A DNA stretch of 62,080 bases, the filler included, from Stramenopiles sp. TOSAG23-6 (Eukaryota): the NCBI GenBank assembly GCA_900128565.1. It is 16 parts of 16 records of this genome, joined end to end, with 100 filler letters (N's around TTAATTAATTAA, not from the genome) between each part and the next. Parts side by side here need not be neighbours in the genome. Positions count along the whole stretch, not along the records: positions 1 to 3,800 come from LT637371.1; positions 3,901 to 7,700 come from LT637372.1; positions 7,801 to 11,597 come from LT637373.1; positions 11,698 to 15,494 come from LT637374.1; 12 more parts are not named here. One strand, 5' to 3'. Below, in pieces: positions 1 through 11,901 of this stretch. A program made the position numbers and the translations under genes. Under the pieces are notes generated by a model, which saw only the letters and a list, made by a program, of their open reading frames with translations, was not told where the DNA came from and ran no database searches. How positions within the stretch are numbered: the first letter of the stretch is position 1; the number at the start of each line of letters is the position of its first letter.

Positions 1-14
1 AAAAAAAAAAAAAA

Positions 15-45
<31 letters not shown>

Positions 46-70
46 CGGTAAAAAAAAAAATAAAATGTAC

Positions 71-1193
71 ATTTAAAGCATCTACAACAGTAACAAGAGT
101 ATCTAATGAAGCATAATTAGACAATGATTTCAATTCAGTTTCTGCAACAATTAGTTTTTTAACACCATTTTCAGTATGCTGATGATTCTGTGTCGTGAAA
201 AAAAACAAAATTCAAAAAATTGTCAAAATTTGTTAGGTACAAAATTTACTACAAAAAAAAATTTCAAAAAAAAATTTCAAAAAAAAATTATGAAAACAAA
301 CATCATCAACATCCATCACAAACGTCTGAGCCACTGGGAGTGGTTCACTAATACCGGTAGATTCGATGACAAGGTAATCATGTTTGTGACAAAATATTCA
401 GAATAGTAGATATATAAATATGTGTTTTTATGAAGAATGAAACAAATACTCAAAAAGAAGAAAAAAATACAAAAAAAAAATCCGAAATTTGTTAGGTACA
501 AAATTTCGTACGAAATTGTTGTAGACGTACATATTTGTTCTCAAGACTGAGACTTTTTACAGTCTTTAGCAAATCACCACGTAAAGTGCAACAAATACAA
601 CCATTGTGCATTTCAACCATTTCTGATTCTTCATGGATAAGCTTAGAATCTTTAATTTCATCTGCGTCAAGGTTGATTTCTCCCATATCGTTTACAATGA
701 CTGCAATTTTCAATTTCTCATTGTTGGGTAAATGATCATTCAATCGAAGAATCCGCTTCAATAAAGTTGTCTTTCCAGCACCAAGAAATCCAGAGAGAAC
801 AGTCACTTGGAGTTTTTTTACTGTTTCGATGATGACGCTCACCTCAGGCCTTTCCAGTTTTTGCATTTTTGACTGTTCATCTGCACTTAACTTGGCAAAA
901 GCTTCTGCACAAACGTCATACGTATCATCATCTCCTTCGCTGCGCGTATAACGAGTTCCTACAATAGGAGTCATATCCGTTACGTCACAATGTACACCGA
1001 TATGCACAGAGTCTCGCAACGCTTCATATACACGTTTGTATTGTCTTGGGGTTAGATTAGCAATATCGCAGGCATTTTTTTCATCGGTGTTCATTACAAA
1101 AGCAGAAACTACCGGCTTGTTTGTTTCCAGCAAAGTTGAATTTGTATTCCCACGCAGGCTACCAGATAAGTTAGATTTAACGTTGCTCACCAT
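71..1193 (-). CDS. CobW/ZNG1 (COG0523) metallochaperone GTPase, 3' truncated; exons 1193-531, 379-302, 187-71
   Basis: [33 protein letters not shown]; after splicing [24 protein letters not shown] and [10 protein letters not shown]. Confidence 0.92.
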
Positions 1194-1404
1194 TGTTGAT
1201 ACTGTGCCACGGACAAAAGTAAATAGTAGTATAATGTAGTTAGTAATGGTACAATATATGCAAGCCCAAAAACACAATTCTCAAAAAAAATACTACGTAG
1301 GATAAAAAAGAGTCAGCAAAAATCGTATACAAATATCCTAAATAAATCGACACATTTCGTACTTTTTATTTTCGAATCTCAAAAGTTTTATATGACCAAA
1401 GATA

Positions 1405-2821
1405 ATGATGCAGTTATCATGCAATTTGACAACTCGATTAATATCCACAACTAGATTTCATTGGAGAATACAACCCTTTACAAAACAGACTCAATTGAAA
1501 ACGTGTAAATACTTTACAAGTATAGCCAATAGTACATCCAATAGTACATCCACTGCTAAAGCGGAAACAAATACAAATCCATTTGCCTCATTTCGGAAGT
1601 TAGGAGTGTCACCGGAACTTGCCGATGGTTTGGCCAATTTAGACATAGCAAGTGACTCCTTACCAACACACATCCAAAAAGAATGCTTTGAAGTGATATT
1701 GTCTGGTAAGAATGTTGTATTGGGTGCAGAAACAGGTTCTGGAAAAACACTGGGTTATCTCATGCCAGTCATACAACGTTTGAAAGATCAACAATTACAC
1801 GGTAACGGAAGAGCTGCGCCTAAGCGTCCACATGTGATTGTCCTAACTCCTAGTCGAGAACTTTCACAACAAGTTTTTCAAGTTGCAAAAACTCTCTCTC
1901 ATTCCGCTCGATATCGTTGTGGTCTTGCGATTGGTGGTCAAAAAATGAACAAAAACGTTAAAAAGTTAATGTCAGGTGTTGATGTCCTCGTATCCAATCC
2001 AGGTAGAGTTAAAAAATTATGGGATAATGACGCACTGTATTTTTCACATGTTGAATGTGTTATAATTGATGAAGCAGATACGTTGTTGACAGAGGGATTT
2101 CAAGACGAGTTGGATTCACTTTTTAATTCACTTCAATCGCGTGCGATGCGTGGTGGTTCAGCATGTCAATATATTCTCGTAGGTGCCTCATTTTCTTCAT
2201 CTGTTCAGAAAGTTTTAAAGAAAAATTTTGTAGATTTGATTCATATTTCTTCTCCAAGTCTACACTATTTACCAAAGGGTTTACAACAGAAATTTATTAG
2301 ACCAAATGCAAATGATAAATATCCTATGTTATTAGAAGTACTTGGTTTGAATTCAAATGAAACAAATGAAACAAATGAAACAAATAAAACAAATAAAACA
2401 AATAAAACAAATAAAACAAATAAAACAAAAAACAAAACAAATAACATGAAAGAGGTTCTTCAGCCTACTATAGTATTTTGTAATAGTATCGATAGTTGTA
2501 GAGCAACTGAATATGCTTTAAGTGAAGCTGGATTTCACACGTCAGGCTTACATGTATGTTTCATTTTTTTAACAAAAAAATCGAAATTTTTTTTTTCGTA
2601 CGAAATTTTGTACCTAACAAATTTTTTAGATTTTTTTTGAAATATTTTTCCAAAATACATGGGGGGATTCCTCCACGCCTTCGACAAGATAATTACAATA
2701 ATTTTATTTTAGGAATGTCCACAATTTTAGTTGCAACAGATGTCGCTTCTCGTGGATTGGACCTTCCTAGTGTTACAAGAGTTGTAAACTTTGATTTCCC
2801 ACGTACAAGTGCCGAGTATAT
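1405..2821 (+). CDS. DEAD-box RNA helicase, probably organelle-targeted; exons 1405-2553, 2661-2821; motif VI missing
   Basis: Q motif, AETGSGKT, PSREL, DEAD, ATDVASRGLD; GLH|GGIP restored by removing 2554-2660. Confidence 0.92.
2554..2660 (+). mobile_element. Type copy of the Introner-like GT..AT intron family (about 65-70 copies in the window)
   Basis: GTATGTTT..TTTTCGTACGAAATTTTGTACCTAAC..GAAATATTTTTCCAAAATACAT; TACATG at both junctions; no AG near the 3' end; removal restores the helicase frame. Confidence 0.9.
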
Positions 2822-2942
2822 GTATGTTTTATTTTTTTTTTTTTTTCGGTAAAAAAAAAATCGATTTTTTTTTTTTTGGTAAAAAAATTTTGCACCTAAC
2901 AAATTTTTTTAGATTTTTTTGAAATATTTTTCCAAAATATAT

Positions 2943-3712
2943 CGATATGGTCGCTTACATACGAATTTTCTTGATATTAAAAAACAAATTGATACATATT
3001 TGTGGACATGGAATACATTATCCGATATACAAAAAAAGTCTGCTGAAGATCTTGGTTATAATCAATTCACTTGGAATTATTTAATAGGAAAATATGTACT
3101 TTTTTCCATTATTCTTTCATTTATTTTTTTCATTAGTTTTTCATTTATTTTTTGTATTTTTTGTATTTTTTGTAAAAACAAACACGTAAAAAACAAACAA
3201 TTAATGAATAACGTAATTTCACAAATGTCTAAAATAATTTTTTTACATTATATGATTGGGATGATCCTGAATTTTATTATTGGGAGAAGCTATCATATAT
3301 CCAAAGAACATCTTGGAAAGTTTTAGGAGTTCAAAGACCGAAATTTGAACAATGGATGTGGATTGACACAAGTCATGATATAAGTTTCATAAATACTGCT
3401 GTTTATCCTTTATTTGTTATTTCAAATAATAGTATTGAAATTTTAACTCCTGGAAGTGGTTATACCTCCGAAACAACTACAATTGTCTTTTCGTGGGAAT
3501 CTGAAACTGCGATTCAGTGGAGGATTCATTGTATAACACAGCCAAAAGCAAGCGTATCCGTAAATGGTAGTGGCGCCATTACTTCTGTTCATATTGATAA
3601 TGCAGGTCAATGTAAAGTCTTACCAACAAAAGTTGTAGTTAAATCTTCATCTGGTGGTAAAGATGCTCTTCTTGGCCCACCCACGGGAACTCCTTTCAAA
3701 ACTGGAAGTAAT
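2943..3712 (+). CDS. Internal fragment of an unknown protein with W-x-x-L-S-x-I-Q-x(6)-L-G repeats; intron 3096-3253
   Basis: WNTLSDIQKKSAEDLGY and WEKLSYIQRTSWKVLGV; frame continuous after GT..AT removal. Confidence 0.55.
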
Positions 3713-3800
3713 GTATGTTTTATTTTTTTTTACAAAAAAATCGTTTTTTTTTTCGTACGCAATTTTGTACCTAACAAATTTAAGTTTTTTTTTTTGAAAT

Positions 3801-3900
3801 NNNNNNNNNNNNNNNNNNNNNNNNNNNNNNNNNNNNNNNNNNNNTTAATTAATTAANNNNNNNNNNNNNNNNNNNNNNNNNNNNNNNNNNNNNNNNNNNN
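3801..3900. other. Artificial contig linker; others start at 7701, 11598, 15495, 19391, 23283, 27173, 31064, 34951, 38837, 42716, 46595, 50472, 54346, 58214
   Basis: N-run, TTAATTAATTAA (stops in all six frames), N-run, about 100 bp each; contig lengths decrease along the window. Confidence 0.98.
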
Positions 3901-3988
3901 AAAATATTTCAAAAAAAAACTAAAATTTGTTAGGTACAAAATTTTTATAAAAAAATAAATTCGAATTTGAAAAAAAAATAAAACATAC

Positions 3989-6771
3989 ATGTAAGGACTT
4001 CCACATCAGAAGATGCTGAATTTGTTCGAACTGATTTATTAAAAACTGAGATATCAAAACTACCAATTACACTAGGATTGAATAGGCTTGGTGCTGATAC
4101 TTGACTTGAAGAATATTTAGAGTCTTTGTCTATATAGTCTATAGAATGATCTACACTAGAAGATTCAAATGCCGAACTTAAATTTTCTACCAATGGTGGA
4201 TTTATATGAAGACAGTGCCACGTATGAATACTTCCATCTCCGGCCAAATCACGAGAAGAACCATGTATTGTGAAAAAATATTTCGAAAAAAAAACTAAAA
4301 TTTGTTAGGTACAAAATTTCGTACGAAAAAAAAATTGAAATTTTGAAATTGCGAAAACGTACACGAATCATTTGAGGTTTATAATGATTACTACTGTCTG
4401 TAACATCATCATCTTTATAATTATTTACGTTATTTTTCGTATTACTTTGAGTTAAGACTAATATCATATGATTAATAGAATTGATCCATGAACGCGCCTC
4501 ACCGACTGTTTTTGCTCGGAGAGTCAATTTCTTACCATCAATATTCAGCACAAATGTGCCTTTCTTTTTTTCTTCATCTTGGCATGATAAAACACTAGTT
4601 CCTCCACTACCATCTGCAAAATAAACATTTTTTATAGAACCGGATTTTTCTAATAAACGAAGATCAACTTGAGTTTTGGCATACGAAAATATTCCTCCAC
4701 AGTATACTGTAGATTTCGTTAAAGACGCATGAGCCCGAAAGCGAAGTTGACAAAAACGTCGTTCCCAAGTAAGCATCCCATATCGCCAAGATCGTTTCCA
4801 GAGAAAGCCTTTATTCAATATTTGTTCATGTGAAGACGTTTCAACATCTTTTTTCTCTGAGGGAGGACTATGAGACATGGAATTAGGGTTAGGGTTAGGG
4901 TTAGGCCGAAGATTTGTCCCGGATCCAAACCACTTGAAGCGTATACTTATTTTATGATCTAGATCACTTAGATTTTCTGATTTTTTATTTTTTTCTGAAT
5001 TTTTATTTACGTTTACATGCATTTCAATGATACATCGTTCGTAATCTCTACCATTAGCTGATAATTTAAACATCGGTCCTGATATTATTTGTGATTGAAG
5101 AATAGGTACTGAATGCGACATCATCGAATCTATACTATATTTTGTATTACTTTTAATGAGTTTGTTGTAATCATTATATGGTATAGTATGTGTAGTATTT
5201 GGTGATAATCTCGAAGGAATTAAAACACTAAAATATTCTGGCATTTCGTTTTTTTCTCCTTTCATTAGGGTTAGGGTTTTTTTTGTTGGTTGCATTGGCA
5301 TAGAAAAGCGTAACAAAGGAACTAGATCTCTTATTCTTTGTTTTTGTTTTCGTTTCAAAACCGTATGTATTTTGGAAAAATATTTGAAATATTTTTCGTT
5401 AGGTACAAAATTTCGTACGAAAAAAAAACTTCGAATTTGAAAAAAAATAAAACATACATTGGTATCATTATGGACTTCGTTTGCTTCTTTCGATGAAGTT
5501 GTTGAAGAATTATATGTAGGTTGTTTTGTGTGTAGATTATTAGGGTTAGGGTTTCTTTCACTCCATAAATATAAATCAAGAATTGCACCAGGTGGAATTT
5601 TCGAACATGGTAAAACACAATCAAAAGACTGAAAACGGTTACATCCACTTCCTCGAAGATGACTTTCATGAAATCCACAAAACAATTCACCACCATGTAT
5701 TGTGAACAAATATTTTTTTTTTTTTTTTGTAAAATTTGTTAGGTACGGAATTTCGTACGAAAACCAAAAAAAAATCGATTTTTTTGTTTAAAAAAAAAAA
5801 TAAAACATATATATCGAAGTTCAGGTCGAACCATTATTGGATTTTGGATCACTGAATCTGTACCAAATTTTGTACCTAACGAATTTTGTTTTTTTTGGAT
5901 TGAATCTTTTTCTAGAGAGTCATTGCCATCAATACAAGTCACTTTAAAGCAATACGTGTATGTATTATGAAAAAATATTTTTAAAAATTGTTTTGTTATT
6001 AGGTACAAAATTTCGTACGAAAAAAAATAAGCAAAAAATAAATGAAAACGTACATGCATACTCTGTATTATTAATGTCATTTCCTATATCAGATTTTGAT
6101 AATGTTCTATCTCGAGGCATCAACAAACTACTGTCAGAACTACTATCTAAAATATTTGTAGTGACGGATAAATGTGAATTTGTACCAAATTTCGTACTTA
6201 ACGAACTTCGAATTTGCTGAGTGCCAACACCCTTAGAATTACCAAAAAAGTTTCGTTGATGTTTTAACTCCCTCTGAGAAGGAGATGAAGTCATTGTAGT
6301 TTCTGTAGGTGAAGTTCTTGTAGCTTTTCTAGGTGAAGTCATTGTAGCTTTTCTAGGTGAAGTCATTGTAGCTTTTCTAGGTGAAGTTATTGTGGCTTTT
6401 CTAGGTGAAGTTATTGTAGTTTTTCTAGGTGAAGAATATGTTGAAGTAGATAATGGTTTTCGAGGAGAAGATATTTCCGTTTTATCCCAAGAGCTTAAAC
6501 CAGTTTGAGTATTATAGTAATAGACGTTTCCTTTGCCATCATCACAAGGTACCCAGGCCGATTTCAAGCTTGTGCCATTTGTTCCAACAATCCTTGATTT
6601 ACTGGGCTTGGTCCATTGTGACTCTTGTGTTATAGTATTGTACCAATAATCATTATTCTGTTCATCTGTATATTTCACCCATTCTGAGTCAGCATAAGTA
6701 CTCTCACGAGCTGTATTTCTTGGCGATTTTTGGAATCCGTTAGTACTATGCACAGACTCTATCTGATACAT
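3989..6771 (-). CDS. Signalling protein with 2 WW domains, a PI3K-type C2-like region and a PH domain, 3' truncated; introns 5960-6053, 5695-5810, 5365-5457, 4263-4362
   Basis: WVKYTDEQNNDYWYNTITQESQWTKP; WVPCDDGKGNVYYYNTQTGLSSWDK; ELRY|GGELFCG; KGFLWKR..WERRFCQL..EARSWINSI. Confidence 0.78.
6283..6434 (-). repeat. Coding 24-bp tandem repeat (SPRKATxT, about 6 units)
   Basis: AGGTGAAGTCATTGTAGCTTTTCT units on the + strand. Confidence 0.9.
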
Positions 6772-7078
6772 GTGTCAATATTCTAAACTTCTCAATTCAG
6801 GCACAGTAAATTTGACTATAGAAGCTTTGTAGCGACGTGTGTGTTGTGTGTAGTACGTACTAAATAGAAAAACAATTATTCAATAACAATAATAAAAGGC
6901 GAATCCGTATTGTGGTGGTGATTGACATTATTGGTATTGACAATATAGATATTTTCGGCCTTGTTTTGACAGCAGCAAAAACACGAAATCTAGCGAAGAC
7001 CGTTACACATACTATTGAGATTTCGGTTTCTTATCTACATCCGGTCAAACAATTTGTGAATTCATAAGGTAAATAAAT

Positions 7079-7597
7079 ATGGCTAAACTAGGTAAAGCGA
7101 AAAAAGGCAAGACGCAGGAACCTGAGGCCGAGACTGGTCCATCGGCAGCAGAGAGGCGCTTGCAGGAGAGAGTTGAAAAAATGAAAGCAAATGATCTGAG
7201 GCGTCGTTTAGCCATTCAACGTCGTGATGAGTTGAAACAAAACATGATTCGAGAACAAAAGAATTCACGTATGAACTTACTAAAGATTCAAAACCAATGG
7301 AGAAAAATCATGCGTTTGGCAAAGGTACAATCTCTCCGAAAGGATATTGATGTTCTCGCACAAAGTCATGAACGAGATGTTGATCGAAAAGATGCAATTA
7401 TTCAAATGCTTGACCGAGATCTCGAAGAGGCCGAGGAACAATACCAGATGGCTCTTCGTGTACACTTGCAAAACACAGATAAATTATTAGAGTTGCAAGA
7501 TAATCGCTTACTTGCCCTTGAAAATTCTTTTAGTACCGAATTATCTCAAATACAAGAAGATATGAACATTGAACGTAAATACATGGAGAAACAGCAT
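7079..7597 (+). CDS. CCDC65: Dynein regulatory complex subunit 2, N-terminal exon; followed by an element starting GCATGT
   Basis: KIQNQWRKIMRLAK..LRKDIDVLAQSHERDVDRKDAIIQML..DLEEAEEQYQMALRVHL. Confidence 0.9.
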
Positions 7598-8017
7598 GCA
7601 TGTTTTATTTTTATTTTTCAATTTTTTAGCTAAATATGTTTCATACGAAATTTTGTACCTAACAAATTTTTTTAGATTTTTTTTTGAAATATTTTTCCAA
7701 NNNNNNNNNNNNNNNNNNNNNNNNNNNNNNNNNNNNNNNNNNNNTTAATTAATTAANNNNNNNNNNNNNNNNNNNNNNNNNNNNNNNNNNNNNNNNNNNN
7801 AAAATAATGCAAGCAAAATTGGGAAAAATAAAAAAACAATGAAAAAATTAGNAAATAAATTTTATCATGGTATTATTCAAAAAAAACACGATTTTTTTTC
7901 CCCGAAAAAATCTAATTTCAGAATCCCAAAAATTTGAAAGTAATCGTCAAGTAGTACTAGTACTACGTAGTCAAAAAAAACAACCCAACACAGAGTCATC
8001 TTTCATTGAATCATTGA

Positions 8018-8760
8018 ATGAGATGGAGTAGTCATCGACAGTTGTGTACAATAATGACAGATCAAGTAGATAAACTTTACCCAGGAACAGCAGTGAAGCG
8101 TATGATGTCTGCTCGAGAGCGCGTTTGCTCATTTTCACCTGCTACACTTAGCAAAAGTTGGCAAGAAGTGAGACGAAGTCTATTATGGGCCGCTGGATTG
8201 AAAGATTTACCAACAGCGAGACCAGGTATGGGTTATACGGGGCATAGTTTTAATGATTGGAATCATGTAGATGCAACATGTATGCTTGGTAAAGTAACAC
8301 ATTTTGAGAATAATGGCGAAGTTCAAGGAATAGCTCTTGGTAATCGTCTTGGAAGAGGTATAGAAGTCGCTTCAATCAAAGAATTAGGCCCAGGAGGTTC
8401 ATGGAGTACCTGCATGCAAGGATGTTCTCATGAACCTCCAGCCGATGTGGCACACATACAATTTAAGTCTCGCATTGCGTTTAAGCTTGTTTGGTGTCCT
8501 CCGAACTACAAGCAATTTATACTCTGTGATGATGAAGGTACGTTTTTTTCTTTTTTTTTTTTCATTTTTCTTTTCATACGAAAATTTGTACCTAACAATT
8601 TTTTTAGAATTTTTTTGAAATATTGTCTTTTACTTTAGGACATTTTCTCAACTTTGGTGCACCTACTGGAACACTTCCTCATATAAGAGAACGTGAGAGG
8701 AACTTTAAACATGTTGAAGGTAGCAAGTATGCAAAAGAAGCGTTTGAAAGACATCCGTAA
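8018..8760 (+). CDS. Uncharacterised protein; exons 8018(or 8054)-8537, 8639-8760
   Basis: Clean ORF (PGMGYTGHSFNDWNHVDATCM, GPGGSWSTC); element copy 8538-8638 has canonical GT-AG ends. Confidence 0.7.
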
Positions 8761-9693
8761 TAAATTATATGAAAAAAATCTAAAAAAATTTGTTAGGTAC
8801 AAATTTTCGTATGAAAAAAAAACTAGGATGTGGATGATGGAGTTGACATTCTCCTACGGGCTACGTATAGGTAAATAGTAGTGTGGGATTTGAGATTTTT
8901 TTGGAAAAGCTTTGAAAAAGAAAGTGAAAATTAAGTTGAAAAGCATATTTTGTATTGTATGATAATGTATGATATTTCCGATATTTTTTGATCATTTGTT
9001 TATTCAATANAAAGCAATAAAAAAGAACTAAAACGAAATTCTTCAAATTTGTTCAAACTATTTAAAACACAGAAATATAGACAGGTACTAGTATCCAAAA
9101 CGTATATAGAAGAATGTACAAAAATACGGTAAGGGTTGTAGAGAGACACGACGTGACAAGTAAACCCTAACCTTAATACAATTGAACAATATTTATCTCT
9201 AATTTTAACACAAATAGTCCGGGTAAGTTAATCAGTCAATTTGAAGATGATGAAAGCAGTCTTCTCTGTCATATAGCATAAACTCTGAGTTCCAAAATAT
9301 TGCATTATTTATGTGTTGTTCAAGCTATTCTTCTGGTACCTGTACATTTCGATAAATTACCAATCTCTTGTCATTCACATCACACTTTTTTCGTTGGGTT
9401 TTATTTGTAAAGACAAAAACGTTGAAATGTTTGTTTAACATTTTCTTCTTTTCATTCGATATTTTGGGGTCTTTTTGGGGTCTTTTTGGGTTGTAGAGTA
9501 CACCACACAGATATCTATAATATCCGTAGTCATATATATTTTAAAGTATTATTTAATGATATTTGTTGTAAATAGTTCTTTTATTTTAATAAAAATGAAA
9601 ATTTTTCCAATTTTGGAATCGTTTCTATAACAAATAAAAGTCAGGTATCATCTATACGTTAAACACGACTTATTAATATTATTCATGGAATAC

Positions 9694-10549
9694 TTATTCG
9701 TCTAAATCATAATCAATAATATCATTGACGTCTTGCCATGAATATTTTATATAACTTTGTCTCCAATATATTACATTGTCCATGTATTGTGAAAAATGTT
9801 ACTTTGTAGTGCAAAAATTTGTTAGTATAAAATTTTCAGGAAAAAAAAAATAAAAAATCATTTTTGAAAACGTACACCGCATCTCTCATAGCAACTAATG
9901 CATCACTGGCTGGATTGCTTCGTAAGTATTGCTGTAGCGTTGCTATTGCATTATTACCGTTGCCCTTGAAAATGATCCCTGAATCGAATGTCTGAAAAAC
10001 CTTATCAATAGCGTAAAAAAGTGTGTCAGATGGAGGCTTGGCAGGGTAGAAGTTGTCCATCTTGTCGTACACATCCTTAGCCTTGATATATGCATCAAAT
10101 ATTTTGTTGACCTCATCATCAATGAAATTCCTCATTTCTTCTGTGTCTGCACAAGATTCCACTATCCCAAACACGCTTAAAGGACATTTCTCTTGAACTT
10201 TGTTTAAAAGGTCAGGCAATGTTGATCCAGTTACGTCTGTGAGTTGTGCGGCGAGTGGTTGTAGTTCGACATTGAGCGCATCATTTTTTTGTTGCCAATG
10301 TTTCCTATCAAGACGAAACTGTTCTTGTTGTTGTTTTTGTTGTATTTGCCAATCGTTAAACTTACTTCGAAGGTTTCCGACGCGAGTACGTACTACGTCG
10401 GCAGCGGAGTCATACAATTGTTGAATGCGAGCAGAGTTTTCGGGAAGAGATGCTGCTGCGTAAGCAGCAAGAGCAGCAGCAGCTCGTGGAGCATATTGTG
10501 ATGCTAAATTAACAGCTACGGTTGCTGGATCTGAAGTTGCTACTGACAT
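9694..10549 (-). CDS. Hypothetical protein; intron 9782-9875 (GT..AT)
   Basis: Long ORF from ATG; short terminal exon ends in TAA. Confidence 0.55.
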
Positions 10550-10840
10550 TGTTGAGGTGCAAGTCTAATACTGTTATAATTTATAAGTATTATAAAAGTT
10601 TTGTACACTAGAACGATTAGGATAGGATACGATTTAGATTGATTTTAAAGGTTTCGTGTTTTTTTTGCTGTTCATTCATTTTGGATTTGGATTTTGGATT
10701 TGGATTTGGAAAAAAAACGGGAAAACACGAAAAATCTGCTCGAAATTTTATCGCGAAAGTATTTTTGGAATTTTTGTTTGTTGTGAAAAATTTTAAAATT
10801 TTCAAAAACGAATGAAAAAAGTGAGATCTTTTTCATAACA

Positions 10841-11541
10841 ATGAGTGTTCAACCCGAAAGCAAAGTCACAAATATATGGGCACCAAATCCACTCTCTTGT
10901 AGGGGAGTTTGTACAGGTCATGCATGGTGTGTATATAATCTTTTGCTTGCTCCGGTTGTATTGGTTTGGAAGTCAATTTCAATTTTTTTTTGTGGCTGTG
11001 TCTGCGTTCTTTTTAACCGTGTGTTCACCAAGTTCTATCGTATATGTTGTTGTTGTTGTAAAAAAGAATATACAGACACAAAGTTCACTCCATCAAAAGC
11101 AAGTCTTGGTAATATTAAGGACTTTGATATCAACGACGTGAAATGGGAAAGAGCTTTTAACCTCGCAAAGGTCATTTCTGACATGGAGAAAGCAAAGGAT
11201 TCTCTTGTTGTTGCTGAAGAAGGAAAGACAAAGAATACAAACGATAAAGAAACAAAGGATTATGAAAAGATGATTTTATTTAAAAATATCGAATCTCGCG
11301 ACATACAACAAGGAGATTTAGGCAATTGTTGGTTACTTTCTGCTTTGAGTAGTCTTGCGGAATATCCTGATGCCATTGAAGAAATCTTTCTTACTCGGGA
11401 AGCGAATCAATACGGTAAGTACAAAATCCGTTTATTCGATCCATTTAAAAGAAAATATGTCACCGTGGTGATTGATGATTATATTCCTGTGTCTAAAGTA
11501 GATGGAACACCATGCTTTGCAAAGCCAAATGGGAATGAAAT
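10841..11541 (+). CDS. Calpain-family cysteine protease (CysPc) with Cys-rich/hydrophobic N-terminus, 3' truncated
   Basis: IQQGDLGNCWLLSALSSLAE, GKYKIRLF, VVIDDYIP. Confidence 0.92.
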
Positions 11542-11697
11542 GTACATTTTAATTTTTTTTCAATTTTTTATATAATTTTTTTTTTTTTTTGAAAAAANNN
11601 NNNNNNNNNNNNNNNNNNNNNNNNNNNNNNNNNNNNNNNNNTTAATTAATTAANNNNNNNNNNNNNNNNNNNNNNNNNNNNNNNNNNNNNNNNNNNN

Positions 11698-11752
11698 ATA
11701 CACATATTGGCACGGATTTCGTGTCAATATTCTTAATTAATATCCCAAATCG
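11698..11752 (+). repeat. 55-bp terminal direct repeat of the contig (second copy 15440-15494)
   Basis: ATACACATATTGGCACGGATTTCGTGTCAATATTCTTAATTAATATCCCAAATCG is identical at both contig ends. Confidence 0.93.
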
Positions 11753-11901
11753 GGCGTTTCTTATAATAAAAAATCGACAAAACAAGATAATAGNAAANCT
11801 NAATCATTNATTAAATGATGAGTTATTTTATAATTTACAGATAAGGTTGTTAGAACTAATGTCATAACAGAAATCATTAACCCTAACCTAATGCCAATAA
11901 T

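Noticed and set aside
2554-2660. Element as ciliate IES or Helitron
   Set aside because: The strong sense-strand bias with donor and branch signals argues for RNA splicing; there are no TA boundaries or TC..CTRR ends. DNA-level excision is not formally excluded.
3801-3900. TTAATTAATTAA between N-runs, and gene neighbourhoods across them
   Set aside because: Synthetic linker; adjacency between contigs has no biological meaning.
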